A stretch of DNA of 64,000 nucleotides from an uncultured Rhodothermales bacterium (GTDB lineage: Bacteria; Bacteroidota; Rhodothermia; Rhodothermales; Rubricoccaceae), in NCBI GenBank assembly GCA_964414235.1, contig CAYPVZ010000001.1:3317-67316 (forward strand). The letters run 5' to 3'. A model generated the notes under the pieces. That model had not been told where the DNA came from and made no database searches. It worked only from the letters and a program-made list of their open reading frames with translations. The stretch's first letter is position 1, and every line of letters starts with the position of its first letter. Shown in pieces: positions 38,802-48,461 of this stretch. The position numbers were made by a program, and so were the translations under genes.

Positions 38802-39145
38802 CGACAGGAGGGCCGTAGTGCGACGGCAGGGTGGATTGGAGTAGGCGATCTCCAGAACAGAATGGGATAGGCTACTTAGGCCCTGTGACGCCTCTCTGTC
38901 GTCGCGTGAACTTGGATTCAAGCGCACCCAAGTACATCCGCAGGTTTGGGCGATATATCCCTGCCCATTCGCGAACCCTATGACCCTGCCCCCTCGAGAA
39001 GCCGCCTTCGTCGCGAACAGCAACGTCCAACTGAGGGACCTTCGGGATACGTGTTCGATGTCACGTCAGCGGAGCTGTCCCGAAAGGGTGGTACTGGGAA
39101 CTGTATCAAATCTATCTCTGCGTGCTCTCAGGGCGTCCCCACTCG

Positions 39146-39175
39146 CTGTCCGAGAAAGTTCACCTTCTCGGACAG
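39146..39175. other. loxP-like palindrome (possible recombinase or regulator site)
   Basis: CTGTCCGAGAA-AGTTCACC-TTCTCGGACAG: 11-bp perfect arms, 8-bp spacer. Confidence 0.45.
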
Positions 39176-39284
39176 TCGGAGATGAGTGGACGAATCTGGG
39201 ATTCGAAATCAGCCTCTCCGCGCAGCGTTGGTTGATTCTGAGCGCCTATAATGACTTCTTGCACGTATCCCGAAGGTCCCCCAG

Positions 39285-39503
39285 GTGGAGCCGCTGCGCC
39301 GGGTGCTGGGGGCGTATCTGGATGCGCTGAGCGCGTTGTTTGTGGACGCCGCGGAGGGAGCGCCAGAGGCTCCGGCGCTCGGGCCTCTGGCGGCGGCGAG
39401 TGTGCCGGTCGTGGAGGCAGAGGCGTTCGCGCGGGCGGTGGAGAATCAGCGCCAGAGGCGGCGGTGCCTGCTGGGGCTGGTGCGAGACGCGGGGCTAGGG
39501 TAG
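39285..39503 (+). CDS. Small hypothetical protein
   Basis: 72-aa ORF with plausible helical composition in an otherwise empty gap. Confidence 0.35.
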   Translation: MEPLRRVLGAYLDALSALFVDAAEGAPEAPALGPLAAASVPVVEAEAFARAVENQRQRRRCLLGLVRDAGLG

Positions 39504-39591
39504 GAGGCCGTGGTGCGGTATGGCTAGCAGGACCGACTGGACCGCACTCGGCTCCTACCAGCGCGGTCTTGCGTGGCAGCAGACACAACCG

Positions 39592-42078
39592 CTACGAGGC
39601 TAGACCAAAGTGAACCATATCAGGCTGCCACGATCGCGAAGTGGAATGCGCGACGACTCGTTCAGGCGACTCCCGCGTGATCTCGACCTCGATAAGGGTC
39701 TCTCCTTCCTTTGTGGGTCCGAGTTCGAGAGCGAGGTAGTCGAAGAGGGCCTTGTCGTGAACGGCGAGCACGAGTTGGCGCGGGTCCTTCGGGTGATAGG
39801 CAAGCGTGCGGAAGAGCGCCGCAAGGTTCGTCGCGTGGACATCGTCCATGCTCTGGACCGGGTCATCGAGCACGAGGATACGTGGCCGGGTCGGTTCGGC
39901 GAGGTGGAGGGCGAGGAAGAGGCTGAGCGCGGCCGTGTTGAGGTTGGCCGAGCTCACAAGCGCGGCGATGTTCTGGGCGACCGGATCCCCATCGGGGTCC
40001 CCATCGGCGAAGGCATGGACGGCGGCCGTGAGGTTGCCGATGGGACCCTTGGCTGTGATACGAGGGCGAAAGCGTTCATCCCGGACGAGGCGGGTATAGA
40101 GGTCGTCGACGAGCGCGTTCAGGTGATCGTCGAAGGTTCGCTTAACGAGCGTGCGGGTGGTCGTGGCCGCAGCGCTGCGTAGCCTCCGGGCGCGTTCGAC
40201 GAGGTCGTCAACGCGGCTGCGCGTGTCGGAGAGCCGGTTGAGCTCCTGATCCGCGGTCTCGGCGCGGGCCTTGGCCTTTTGCGTAGCGTTCCGCGCTTCA
40301 CGGAGGGCTTGGACCTGCGTACGAGTCTCTCGGTAGGCAGCAACGCGGTTCTGGTGCTCCGCCGCACGCTGGACAACCAACGCGCCCAGGGTACTTAGGG
40401 CGGCGGGCGTGAGGAGATCACCAGGAAGATCAGGGGTTCCGAGAGCCGCCCAGGCCTCCTCGGCCGCACGGGATACGGCCTCATGGCTCGCCTGCCACGC
40501 ACGCCGGTCGGCCTCCGCACGCGCGCGCCGGTCGAGAGCGGCCAGGGGCTCTCCGAGGCGGTCCAAGGCCTCTGAGACGGATGTAAGCAGCGGGGGAACT
40601 GCTGAAAGCGAGGCGAGGCGCTGACGCAGCGCCAGTGCACGGTCTTCGGGAGCGTCGGCCGCGAGCTTGGACGCTCGCGCTTCCGCTGTGGCGCTCTCTT
40701 TGACGAGGGCGTCGCGGCGCCGGATCTGCTCTTGGAGTTGGGTCGTCGCCGCGCCGAGCCGTTCGAGTTCAGCGGTGACGTGATTGCGCAGACTGCCGCC
40801 CGTCTCAGCGAAGTTTCGGTCGCAGACCGGACATACGTCGTCGTCTACGTGGGCGAGAGCCTCTGAAAGCATCTGCTGTCGCTGCTGGACCTCCCCGACC
40901 GCCGCTGCGCTTAGGGCGACGAGTCCGGCGAGCTCGTCCTGGATCTCTGCGGTTCGCGCACGCAGAGCAGCGATCTCCGCCGTCTCGTCTGTGGCCCTTC
41001 GCAGCCCAGCCTCGGCCGTCTCCTGCGATGTCGCGAGGTCTGCGCGAGCGCGGGCGAGCCAGGAGCGCAGGGCTTGCGCCTCATCGGTGGCGACTTTGAA
41101 GGCCCGCGCATTGTCATCGTCTGAGACCTCTACAAGTCGGTACACCCCCGGACCCGTAGGTTCGAGGCGATCGAGGGCGCCCGAAAGCGCGCGAGCCGCG
41201 TCGGCGAGTGGGGCGCGGACCGCGCCGAGGTCAGCGACTGGGAGCGCGGGCGGCCCCGCATCGCCAGGCTGTGACGGCGCGCTCAAGGTGTTCGCCCACC
41301 CCCCAAACCGCTCCACATCCGCGCTGGCGTCGATTTCAGCCACCGTAGCCGCTTCCAAAATTTCTTCGAGGGACTCAGAGGGCGCTGGGAGGCCGAGCCG
41401 CTGTGACAGGACTATGAGCGCTTCCTTGGCCTCTCGCTCAGCCGCGACGGCCCCGTCCGCCGCAGTGCGCGCGGTCTCGGCGGCGGTCTGCGCTTCGGCG
41501 AGGCGGGGCTCGAGAGCGGCGTACTCGGGGAAGGTGTTTCGGAGTCGACGTATGTCGGCGGGAACGTGGAGCCCCTTTTCGACCGCTTCGAGGTGGTCCA
41601 AGTCGAGGAAGTCGCGGATGAACCGGATGACCGGTGCGTCGTCTTTGGGTCCCTTCTTCGACTTCTTGGCCGCGGCTTGGTAGACGTGGAGGAGTTGCGA
41701 GAGGTGGGTCTGCGAGAGGTAGCACCGGTCCACGAACGCCGCCTGTGCGGACTTGGAGAGTGCCTTGCCGCCAGTCGGCGTCCGCTGCCCGACGGTCCGT
41801 TCGACGAAAACCTCCTCACCCGAGGTCGTCGCCCAAAGCCGGACCGCGGCGGGGTCGTCGGCGCCGTGGTGCTGGAGCACGTTCGGGTAGTCGCTCGCGA
41901 AGCGCGACAGGTGCGCGACGGAGCCCGTGACGGCGTACTCGATGGCCGCCATGAGGCTGGTCTTCCCCGAGCCGTTGCGCCCATGGATGAGGACGACGTT
42001 GCCGTCGAGGTTGATCGTCGTGGGCGAGCGGTAGGCGCGGAAGCGCTCTACCTCGATCTTTTTGAGACGCTGAATCAT
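39592..42078 (-). CDS. SMC/Rad50-like ABC ATPase (LmuB/ABC-3C ATPase-like)
   Basis: IHGRNGSGKTS, coiled coils with central CPVC hook, degenerate signature VSSAN, LVLDDPVQSMD, AVHD. Confidence 0.88.
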   Translation of the reverse strand: MIQRLKKIEVERFRAYRSPTTINLDGNVVLIHGRNGSGKTSLMAAIEYAVTGSVAHLSRFASDYPNVLQHHGADDPAAVRLWATTSGEEVFVERTVGQRTPTGGKALSKSAQAAFVDRCYLSQTHLSQLLHVYQAAAKKSKKGPKDDAPVIRFIRDFLDLDHLEAVEKGLHVPADIRRLRNTFPEYAALEPRLAEAQTAAETARTAADGAVAAEREAKEALIVLSQRLGLPAPSESLEEILEAATVAEIDASADVERFGGWANTLSAPSQPGDAGPPALPVADLGAVRAPLADAARALSGALDRLEPTGPGVYRLVEVSDDDNARAFKVATDEAQALRSWLARARADLATSQETAEAGLRRATDETAEIAALRARTAEIQDELAGLVALSAAAVGEVQQRQQMLSEALAHVDDDVCPVCDRNFAETGGSLRNHVTAELERLGAATTQLQEQIRRRDALVKESATAEARASKLAADAPEDRALALRQRLASLSAVPPLLTSVSEALDRLGEPLAALDRRARAEADRRAWQASHEAVSRAAEEAWAALGTPDLPGDLLTPAALSTLGALVVQRAAEHQNRVAAYRETRTQVQALREARNATQKAKARAETADQELNRLSDTRSRVDDLVERARRLRSAAATTTRTLVKRTFDDHLNALVDDLYTRLVRDERFRPRITAKGPIGNLTAAVHAFADGDPDGDPVAQNIAALVSSANLNTAALSLFLALHLAEPTRPRILVLDDPVQSMDDVHATNLAALFRTLAYHPKDPRQLVLAVHDKALFDYLALELGPTKEGETLIEVEITRESPERVVAHSTSRSWQPDMVHFGLAS

Positions 42079-42668
42079 GACGCAGACGGGGCAGGACCGG
42101 AGAGAGCCTCAGCGAGGAGCTCACGGAACGCGCGGTCGACGGCCTCCTCACCGTCGGGCGCTGCGGAAAGGAGTCGCTTTTCCGCTTTGTTGTCGGCGGC
42201 ATCGCCCAGAGCGAGTCGAAGCTCCTTCACGGCTCCCGGCCGGGGTGCGTCGAGGTCGTCCATATTGAGGGGGCGGAACACGCGGAGCGCTTCGGCGACG
42301 GTCTCGGGTGTCTGCTCCTCCCGCGCGACGACGACGAGCCGAGCGAGGGGGCGGAGGGCTTCGAGGGCTTGCGAGTCCAACGGCGGGGCCACGAGGACGA
42401 CTGCGACGGGTCGACGCGAGCCCGATCGCGAGAGCGCGATCGCGAGGCTGGTGAGGCGGCGCTGGACGGCGTCGAGGTTGCCGGCCGGTTGGTCGACGAG
42501 GAGGACGAGGGCGTGGTGGTCGCCGGGTCCGGCGAAGACGGCGTCGAACTCGAACGAGAGCTCGACGATGCGGAGCGGCTCGGGCTGGCGCACATAGCCG
42601 TAGTCAGCCAGCACGCCGAGGCACGAGGCCGCGACGTCTGCGGGGTCGAGGGGCGTGGAGTCTGGCAT
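42075..42668 (-). CDS. ABC three-component middle component (LmuC-like position)
   Basis: 197 aa between Sir2 effector and ATPase; ATGA overlap with the ATPase. Confidence 0.65.
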   Translation of the reverse strand: MPDSTPLDPADVAASCLGVLADYGYVRQPEPLRIVELSFEFDAVFAGPGDHHALVLLVDQPAGNLDAVQRRLTSLAIALSRSGSRRPVAVVLVAPPLDSQALEALRPLARLVVVAREEQTPETVAEALRVFRPLNMDDLDAPRPGAVKELRLALGDAADNKAEKRLLSAAPDGEEAVDRAFRELLAEALSGPAPSAS

Positions 42669-42671
42669 GGG

Positions 42672-44384
42672 TCAGGCGGCGAGGGCGCGTGCTTGGAGGT
42701 CTTGGCGAAGGAGATCGACGGGGTCGGCTCCGGCGCGGGTCCAGTCGTCGAGGTAGAGGTCGTCCGGGGCGGGCGCGGCGGACCGTAGCAAGTGGGCCAT
42801 GCTTGGCGTAGCAGGAGCGCGCGTGCTCACCGATGTGCCTGTCGCGTGAAAGACCACGTAGGGAGCGCCGAGTGGAGCGTCTGCTAACATCGGGAGCTGG
42901 GGTGACACCCAATTGTCACACACGACATAGACAGGAACGGTCCCCCCGGTGGGGACCCGGAGGCGGAGTTGCTCAGGGGCGTCAGGCGTCAATTCGAACG
43001 TCCAGTACCCCCGGCGTTGGCCCTCGGTGAGGATGCCAATGAGAAGCGTGAGCCGGGGTACGGGGTCGGTGTGCTCCGGCGTGGCGGCGGAGAACGGGGT
43101 GTAGTCCCATTCACTTTCGGCCTTGGCGCCCTCGCGGTACACGCGGACGAACGACCCCACATAACGCGCGACCGCGCTGGACACGAACCTCCACCGGGCA
43201 TCGGCATCGGCGATGCTATCAGCGGCCGACGCTACGCCTTGGGCCAGTGCGTCGACGCCTGCTTCGGCTAGCCCCCGGTACGCCAGGGGCACTTTCGATG
43301 CGGAGGTCCGAAGCTTCTCGCGGAGGACACAGAGGTAAAGAGCGGCGAGGAGCGGCTTGGCGTACAGCGTGACGAGGGCGTGGTCCCGGATGTCGTCGTA
43401 ATGGTCGTTGTAGGTGTCGGCGCCGTAGGCGGCGCGGAGAACAGCCTCGCGCGTGTCGTCCAGGTCACCACCGGAGAACAGCACGCGTGGAGCGCCGGGG
43501 TAGTAATCGCCTCGGACCTCGAGCCCGCGTTCGACGTGCTTGGATTGGATGTTGACGTCCTGTCCGGAGAGGCCGATGTAGAGCACAGCGTTGCAACGGA
43601 GGATGTGGCTGAGATGATCTCGAATCGGCTTCCGATCCGCGTCGTTCATCCAGTGGAGGATGTGGTCGTCGGTGGCGACAAGGAAACGGCGGTCGGCAGG
43701 GTCGCCATGCGCGGCGCGGGCGCAGCCGTGCATCTTGGTCAGCTTAGGCTTGGAGCCTGTGTTCTCGAAGTCGGTGGGCCGGATGATGACGCGAAGGGGA
43801 TGGACGGTTGTCCCGTCGGCGACCTGGGCGTGGGCGTCTTCGAGAAGGGGGTCCCAGTTGGGCGTGACCACCTCGGTGAGAACGCCCTCGGTGACGAGGA
43901 GCGCGACGAGGCGGTGCTCGGCGTCGGGCTTGATGTTGGGGTCGTCGTAGAGTTCGTCGACTTTGAGGAGGTCCCAGACGAGATCCTTGACGGTTCCACC
44001 TGGGGCGTAGCGCGTCATGAGGACGGCGCTGTACTGGTTGACAAGCGCTTCGAGTGTGGCCTCCTGCTCCGTCTCATGCCAGGCGGAAAACCGGACTGCA
44101 GTGTCAAGGCCCGAGACACCGGCGCGAGCGACGATGGAGTCGATGGTCTGGCGCGCGGTATCGTCGGGGTCGGTGGGGTCGAGAGCGTCGTCGTAGAGCT
44201 CGTTGAGGAGCCGCGCTAGGAGACCCCAAAGGTTGGGGTAGCGCTCGTCAGAGACGCGGGAGCCGACCCAGAGCGACACGTCGCCGCGGAGGAAGCGACT
44301 CGTGAACGCGTCGTAAACGCTGTCGAGTCTTTGGAGGGCCTCGCTGACCGTGACGTCGGAGAGTTCGATGGGACCGGCGGGCAT
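42672..44384 (-). CDS. SIR2-like (SIR2_2) effector with C-terminal extension
   Basis: SLWVGSRVS, VVTPNWDPLLE, LTKMHGC, VLYIGLSGQDVNIQ. Confidence 0.85.
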   Translation of the reverse strand: MPAGPIELSDVTVSEALQRLDSVYDAFTSRFLRGDVSLWVGSRVSDERYPNLWGLLARLLNELYDDALDPTDPDDTARQTIDSIVARAGVSGLDTAVRFSAWHETEQEATLEALVNQYSAVLMTRYAPGGTVKDLVWDLLKVDELYDDPNIKPDAEHRLVALLVTEGVLTEVVTPNWDPLLEDAHAQVADGTTVHPLRVIIRPTDFENTGSKPKLTKMHGCARAAHGDPADRRFLVATDDHILHWMNDADRKPIRDHLSHILRCNAVLYIGLSGQDVNIQSKHVERGLEVRGDYYPGAPRVLFSGGDLDDTREAVLRAAYGADTYNDHYDDIRDHALVTLYAKPLLAALYLCVLREKLRTSASKVPLAYRGLAEAGVDALAQGVASAADSIADADARWRFVSSAVARYVGSFVRVYREGAKAESEWDYTPFSAATPEHTDPVPRLTLLIGILTEGQRRGYWTFELTPDAPEQLRLRVPTGGTVPVYVVCDNWVSPQLPMLADAPLGAPYVVFHATGTSVSTRAPATPSMAHLLRSAAPAPDDLYLDDWTRAGADPVDLLRQDLQARALAA

Positions 44385-44520
44385 CAGGCAGCGAAGGTGT
44401 CGGTGTCAGCGTGGCGAGCTTGGCCGAGCGTGGCGAGGGTGTCGAGGAGGTCGGCAACGGCCGCGCGGGGGGCGCGCTTGAAACGTTGGGCGACGGCCTC
44501 TACGGTTATGCCGAGGTCGA
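44384..44520 (-). pseudogene. C-terminal remnant of a MmeI/YeeA-like restriction-modification enzyme
   Basis: VEAVAQRFKRAPRAAVADLLDTLATLGQAR resembles the terminal helical domain of MmeI-like proteins; stop overlaps Sir2 ATG (TGATG); no credible N-terminal part. Confidence 0.5.
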
Positions 44521-44699
44521 CGTGAGGTGGATCGAGGCGGCAGGATAACGAGTGGTGATCGTAGGTAAATGCGGGGTCGCCCGAGGCCCTCTTCCCTGCC
44601 CGACTCTGCGCCCCCCTTGGGGCCGCTGCTGCAGTCGGTGTGGAGCGACCCCGGGTATGGTGGGTCAGTGGCCGGTAGCTTGCACCACTCCAAAAGCGC

Positions 44700-46109
44700 A
44701 TGCCCACGGTCCTCTCCCAACTCGACCCTCTCCTCAACGCCTGGCGGGCGCTGGCGGAGGACGATCCGACGATGCTGTCGATGGAGCCGGACCCCGACCG
44801 AGATGAGTTGTCTGTCGAGGTGCGGGAGCGAATCCAGGGGAAGGGAGCGGTGACCGAAGCGCTGGCCTGGTGGGCGGAACGCGAAGGGGACCTGGACGAG
44901 CGAGGGCGCGTGGTCCACCTCCAGGCGGTTCTTCACGCCCTCGACATCCACTTTGGAGGCCAGCCGCTCCAACCCGTAGACGGCGAGGGCGAGCGGATTC
45001 GGCTCGTCGGCCAGCGGTGGTGGGGGGCGGTCGCCTCGCGGCCCCGCCGCCCGTTCACGATTCAAGAGCCGTTCCCTCATCTCGCTCGCGGGGTGCTCCA
45101 CCGCGAGGAGTGGGTCGAGGAGAGGGCGGTGACAGAGGCCTTCGGGTCCGCCCTGCTCGACGGGGCGTTGCGAGTGGGCCTCTGTGCACTTCCGGGCAGC
45201 GGGCCGACGGCGTTCGAGGCCACAGAGGTAGTCGACCTCGACACGCTTGGCTTCCGGGGGACGTCCGTGGACGATCCGTCCGGGGAGTGTGCTCCGCTGC
45301 GCGAGGCGGTCGCCTGGGCCGTCGAGCGGGGTGTCCACGTGCTGGCATTCCCCGAATTGGCCGTGGACGAGGCCGGCAGGACAGCGCTCCGGGACGCGAT
45401 CAAGTCCACGCCCGGTTCGCTCTGCCTCGTGGTGGCCGGGAGCTTCCACGTGGCCTCAGAGCGCGACGCCAACGCCGTGGCGAACGGGTCCCCCGTGTGG
45501 GCCGTCGTCGAGGGTGTGGCGGTCCCGGTGTGCACCGTCGAGAAGACGGAGCCGATCACGACCGGACCGGCGGGGTTGGGCGGCGACATCCAGCAGCGGG
45601 CAGAAGCGGAGAGCTGCACAGCCGTCCGAGAGCACATCCAGCCAGGTGGGCGGGTCCGGGTGGTACCCACGCCTGTGGGGGCGTTCTCGGTCTTGATCTG
45701 CAAGGACGCGCTCGTACTGGGAGCAGATGGGCCTTTCGGCGACATCCGAACGAAGGCGTACCGGTCGGCCGACCACGTGGTGATCCCCTCGATGAATGGG
45801 AGCACAGCGGCGTGGTTTTGGGGGCAGGCCGAGGAGTCCGGCCGCCACCACGAGACGGCGACTTACTACGTGAACGCGGCGTGGGTGGCGGATGATGGCG
45901 TCGATGTCGCGTTTTGGTCCCTCCCGTACCGGGTCGGCGGACTGACCACTGAGCCGGAGGACGCAGGCGGGCACGCCCGTTTCCCGTCTGGCCATGAGGG
46001 ACGAGACGAAGCGGAGACCTCGCGAGTGAGCGCCCCTCCCGACAGCGGCCGGGTGCTGGTGGAGGTCCCCCTCCCTACGCTCGACTGGTTCAGCGGGGGC
46101 GCTCGGTAG
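44700..46109 (+). CDS. Carbon-nitrogen hydrolase (nitrilase-fold) domain protein with long N-terminal extension
   Basis: Candidate E-K-C triad: VLAFPELA, VEKTEP, VLICKDAL; then VVIPSMN. Confidence 0.72.
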   Translation: MPTVLSQLDPLLNAWRALAEDDPTMLSMEPDPDRDELSVEVRERIQGKGAVTEALAWWAEREGDLDERGRVVHLQAVLHALDIHFGGQPLQPVDGEGERIRLVGQRWWGAVASRPRRPFTIQEPFPHLARGVLHREEWVEERAVTEAFGSALLDGALRVGLCALPGSGPTAFEATEVVDLDTLGFRGTSVDDPSGECAPLREAVAWAVERGVHVLAFPELAVDEAGRTALRDAIKSTPGSLCLVVAGSFHVASERDANAVANGSPVWAVVEGVAVPVCTVEKTEPITTGPAGLGGDIQQRAEAESCTAVREHIQPGGRVRVVPTPVGAFSVLICKDALVLGADGPFGDIRTKAYRSADHVVIPSMNGSTAAWFWGQAEESGRHHETATYYVNAAWVADDGVDVAFWSLPYRVGGLTTEPEDAGGHARFPSGHEGRDEAETSRVSAPPDSGRVLVEVPLPTLDWFSGGAR

Positions 46110-46144
46110 GTCGAGAAGGGGGCTCTAGCGAGGCAATTTAAGTT

Positions 46145-46198
46145 TTACGCTGACTGTACGATGAAACATCCGTACCTTACGCTGCGTGTACGATGAAA
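46145..46198 (+). promoter_or_regulatory. 22-bp direct repeat in AT-richer intergenic region (putative operator)
   Basis: TTACGCTGACTGTACGATGAAA (46145) and TTACGCTGCGTGTACGATGAAA (46177). Confidence 0.55.
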
Positions 46199-46261
46199 AT
46201 GGGTGAAGCCCATACGATACCTGTCCGCTGTTCGTATTGGCACCCTTGCCCCCCTCAACTC

Positions 46262-47122
46262 ATGGAAGCTCTCACCACCCCGCAGGCCCCCGCCCCTTCG
46301 CTCTCTGAGCGCGTTCTGGAGCTCCCCTCTGACCCTGCGGTCGTGGGAGCGACCGTCGGCGATATCCTTTCCGCGTTGCGGGAGGGGGACGTAGCAGACT
46401 CGACGGCCGACGCGCTGGTCCACGAGAGCACACGCCTGGCACTCAACTGGATGGGGGCCGGGGACCGGGAGTCCCTCAACGGGCTCCTGGATGCTCTGCG
46501 CACGGCGTTGTCGGGGGCTGGGCTCGGACCCGTGCTTCTGTCGGGGCTGTCGACGGACGCTCGGTTCGCCGTGAAAGTGCTCGAGCTAGGTCGTGTGATT
46601 GGGGTGTACCTCCGGTCGAACAACGCGGCTCGGGACGTGGGTGCGCTCTCGGGCGCACGCCGGAAGCGGTGGCGTGCCGTGATGGCATGGGCCTGCCGTC
46701 GGCGTGGCCCGTTCACCGCGTCGGACGTGCGGGAGGCGGGGTTCTACCCCGGCCGCCTAGCGTCGGCGAACGAGGCGCTGGAGGCGCTGGCCCGGCATGA
46801 AATGCTCGCTCGGGCGGAGAACGACGACGGCGTGACGTACGCACCAACCTTAGAGGGGCGGGCGGCGACTCGAGCGGTCGTAGGGTCGGACGACACCGCA
46901 GGGTGGGCCGACCTGACCCAAGCGCGGTCGGCGCTGGAAGCGGAGCGCCGTGCGCTAGAGGCGCGGCAAGAAGCGCTAAAGCACGAAAACGAGGCTCTCG
47001 AGCATCAAAAAAGGGCGGTTCGCGAGTGGGAGGCCGCGGTCGTCGAAGGGCGCGAGCGGCTCGAAGCGGATCGACGGGAGCTCGAATCCGAGCGGATGGG
47101 CAGGTTCGCTGGTGCGATGTGA
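46262..47122 (+). CDS. Winged-helix protein with C-terminal coiled coil
   Basis: FTASDVREAG...SANEALEALARHEMLAR...VTYAPTLEGR; heptad tail; start could be 46193. Confidence 0.6.
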   Translation: MEALTTPQAPAPSLSERVLELPSDPAVVGATVGDILSALREGDVADSTADALVHESTRLALNWMGAGDRESLNGLLDALRTALSGAGLGPVLLSGLSTDARFAVKVLELGRVIGVYLRSNNAARDVGALSGARRKRWRAVMAWACRRRGPFTASDVREAGFYPGRLASANEALEALARHEMLARAENDDGVTYAPTLEGRAATRAVVGSDDTAGWADLTQARSALEAERRALEARQEALKHENEALEHQKRAVREWEAAVVEGRERLEADRRELESERMGRFAGAM

Positions 47123-47211
47123 GCCGGAGCCCCTGGTGGGGATCGTCAGAGCATCCGTCGCTGGAAAAGGCTGCGCCGCACGATGGCGGCGCACGCTGTA
47201 CGAGTACCGAT

Positions 47212-48090
47212 CTAGCGGACTGCGAACAGACCGACCCGGCGGTCCTCCGGGGTAGCGACGGCGCGCTTCGCCGCGTCGGTGGCCGCCCGCTTCGTTGGGA
47301 AGGGACCGAGCACGTTGTCACGGTCGGCGAAGCGCTTCGAGACGGAGCCGTGCTTGATGCCGAACCGCTTTCCGCGTGGCGTGCCGGGGCCTCCGGTGAC
47401 GGCCCACCAAGAGCGGTAGTCGCCAACGCGCTCGGGCGGCGGCGTCGGGAGCACGAGCGGGCCACCACTCAGAAGCCTGCGCGCGGCCTCGACGGCGCTC
47501 GCGAACGCGGCCTGGTCGCGGGCCAGGCGGCGCGCGGTATCCTCGGGGTCGCGACCGGCGTTCTGATCGGCGAGGCCCTTCGCCAGCCGGGCGGCGCCCG
47601 TCGTGAGCCGACCGACGGCGCGGCCGTAGTCGCTGGGAGGCTGCTCGCCTTCGGGGCCTCGCGTCGAGGCGCGCACGTCGCGGCCGTGGAGTCCCCACGA
47701 CGCCAAGCGGCCGACGAGCCGGGCGACCAGTTCCAGAACGGTGGGGACGACGTGGGGCTCGGCCTCGCGCAAGGCGTCCCACAGTCCTTCCGAGCGGCGG
47801 AAGGTCCCTTCGACGTGGCGGCGGAGGTCGGCCTCGGTGTAGGGCTCGGGCTCGACCGGCGAGCGCTGCGCAGGATCGGCGGGCGTCTGGCGCTCGGCGC
47901 GCTCGACGAGCGTGCGGAGGAACGCGAGGTCGTACGGCCTGCCTGTCCTCTCGCCTCGGGCGACCGCGAGCCGGGCGACGCGGGCGCAGTCGGTCCGGAC
48001 GGCGTCGAAGCGCGTGAGGAGCGGTCGGTACCGCTCGGGGAGGTCGGCGAGGGGGACGTCCGGGGTCGAGCTCATGGAGCCGTGGGCCAT
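47212..48090 (-). CDS. Hypothetical protein
   Basis: 292-aa ORF co-oriented with neighbouring genes, protein-like composition. Confidence 0.55.
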   Translation of the reverse strand: MAHGSMSSTPDVPLADLPERYRPLLTRFDAVRTDCARVARLAVARGERTGRPYDLAFLRTLVERAERQTPADPAQRSPVEPEPYTEADLRRHVEGTFRRSEGLWDALREAEPHVVPTVLELVARLVGRLASWGLHGRDVRASTRGPEGEQPPSDYGRAVGRLTTGAARLAKGLADQNAGRDPEDTARRLARDQAAFASAVEAARRLLSGGPLVLPTPPPERVGDYRSWWAVTGGPGTPRGKRFGIKHGSVSKRFADRDNVLGPFPTKRAATDAAKRAVATPEDRRVGLFAVR

Positions 48091-48461
48091 GATGAGTGGG
48101 TCGGTGGAGCCTGCGGGCAGGCGTCTCTCGCCGCTGCCCGCAGGCTCCGTCGGCCTCGGCTGAGCCGGTCGAGGGGCGAGGGCCTGTGCAGTCCCCCTTT
48201 CCCCGACAGGGGCAGCCGCTGGCCGCCGTCGGCCTGCGGCTGGGGGTCAGGATGCCGGGGAGGCGGAGCCGGGCGGGCGAGGCGCGGCCGCCGACGGGGG
48301 GCGTCGGGAGCGAGTGGACCGTCCTCGGTCCTAGCGAGCGGACAGAGCCGAGCGGAGGGGGACGCGGAGTGGCGCGCCGGGCGGAGCCGGTGTCTGTGCG
48401 ACCGAGATGGGTTCGGTCGATCTCGCGCCAGAGGCTCTCGCCTGCGGCGTCAGTGACGCGG

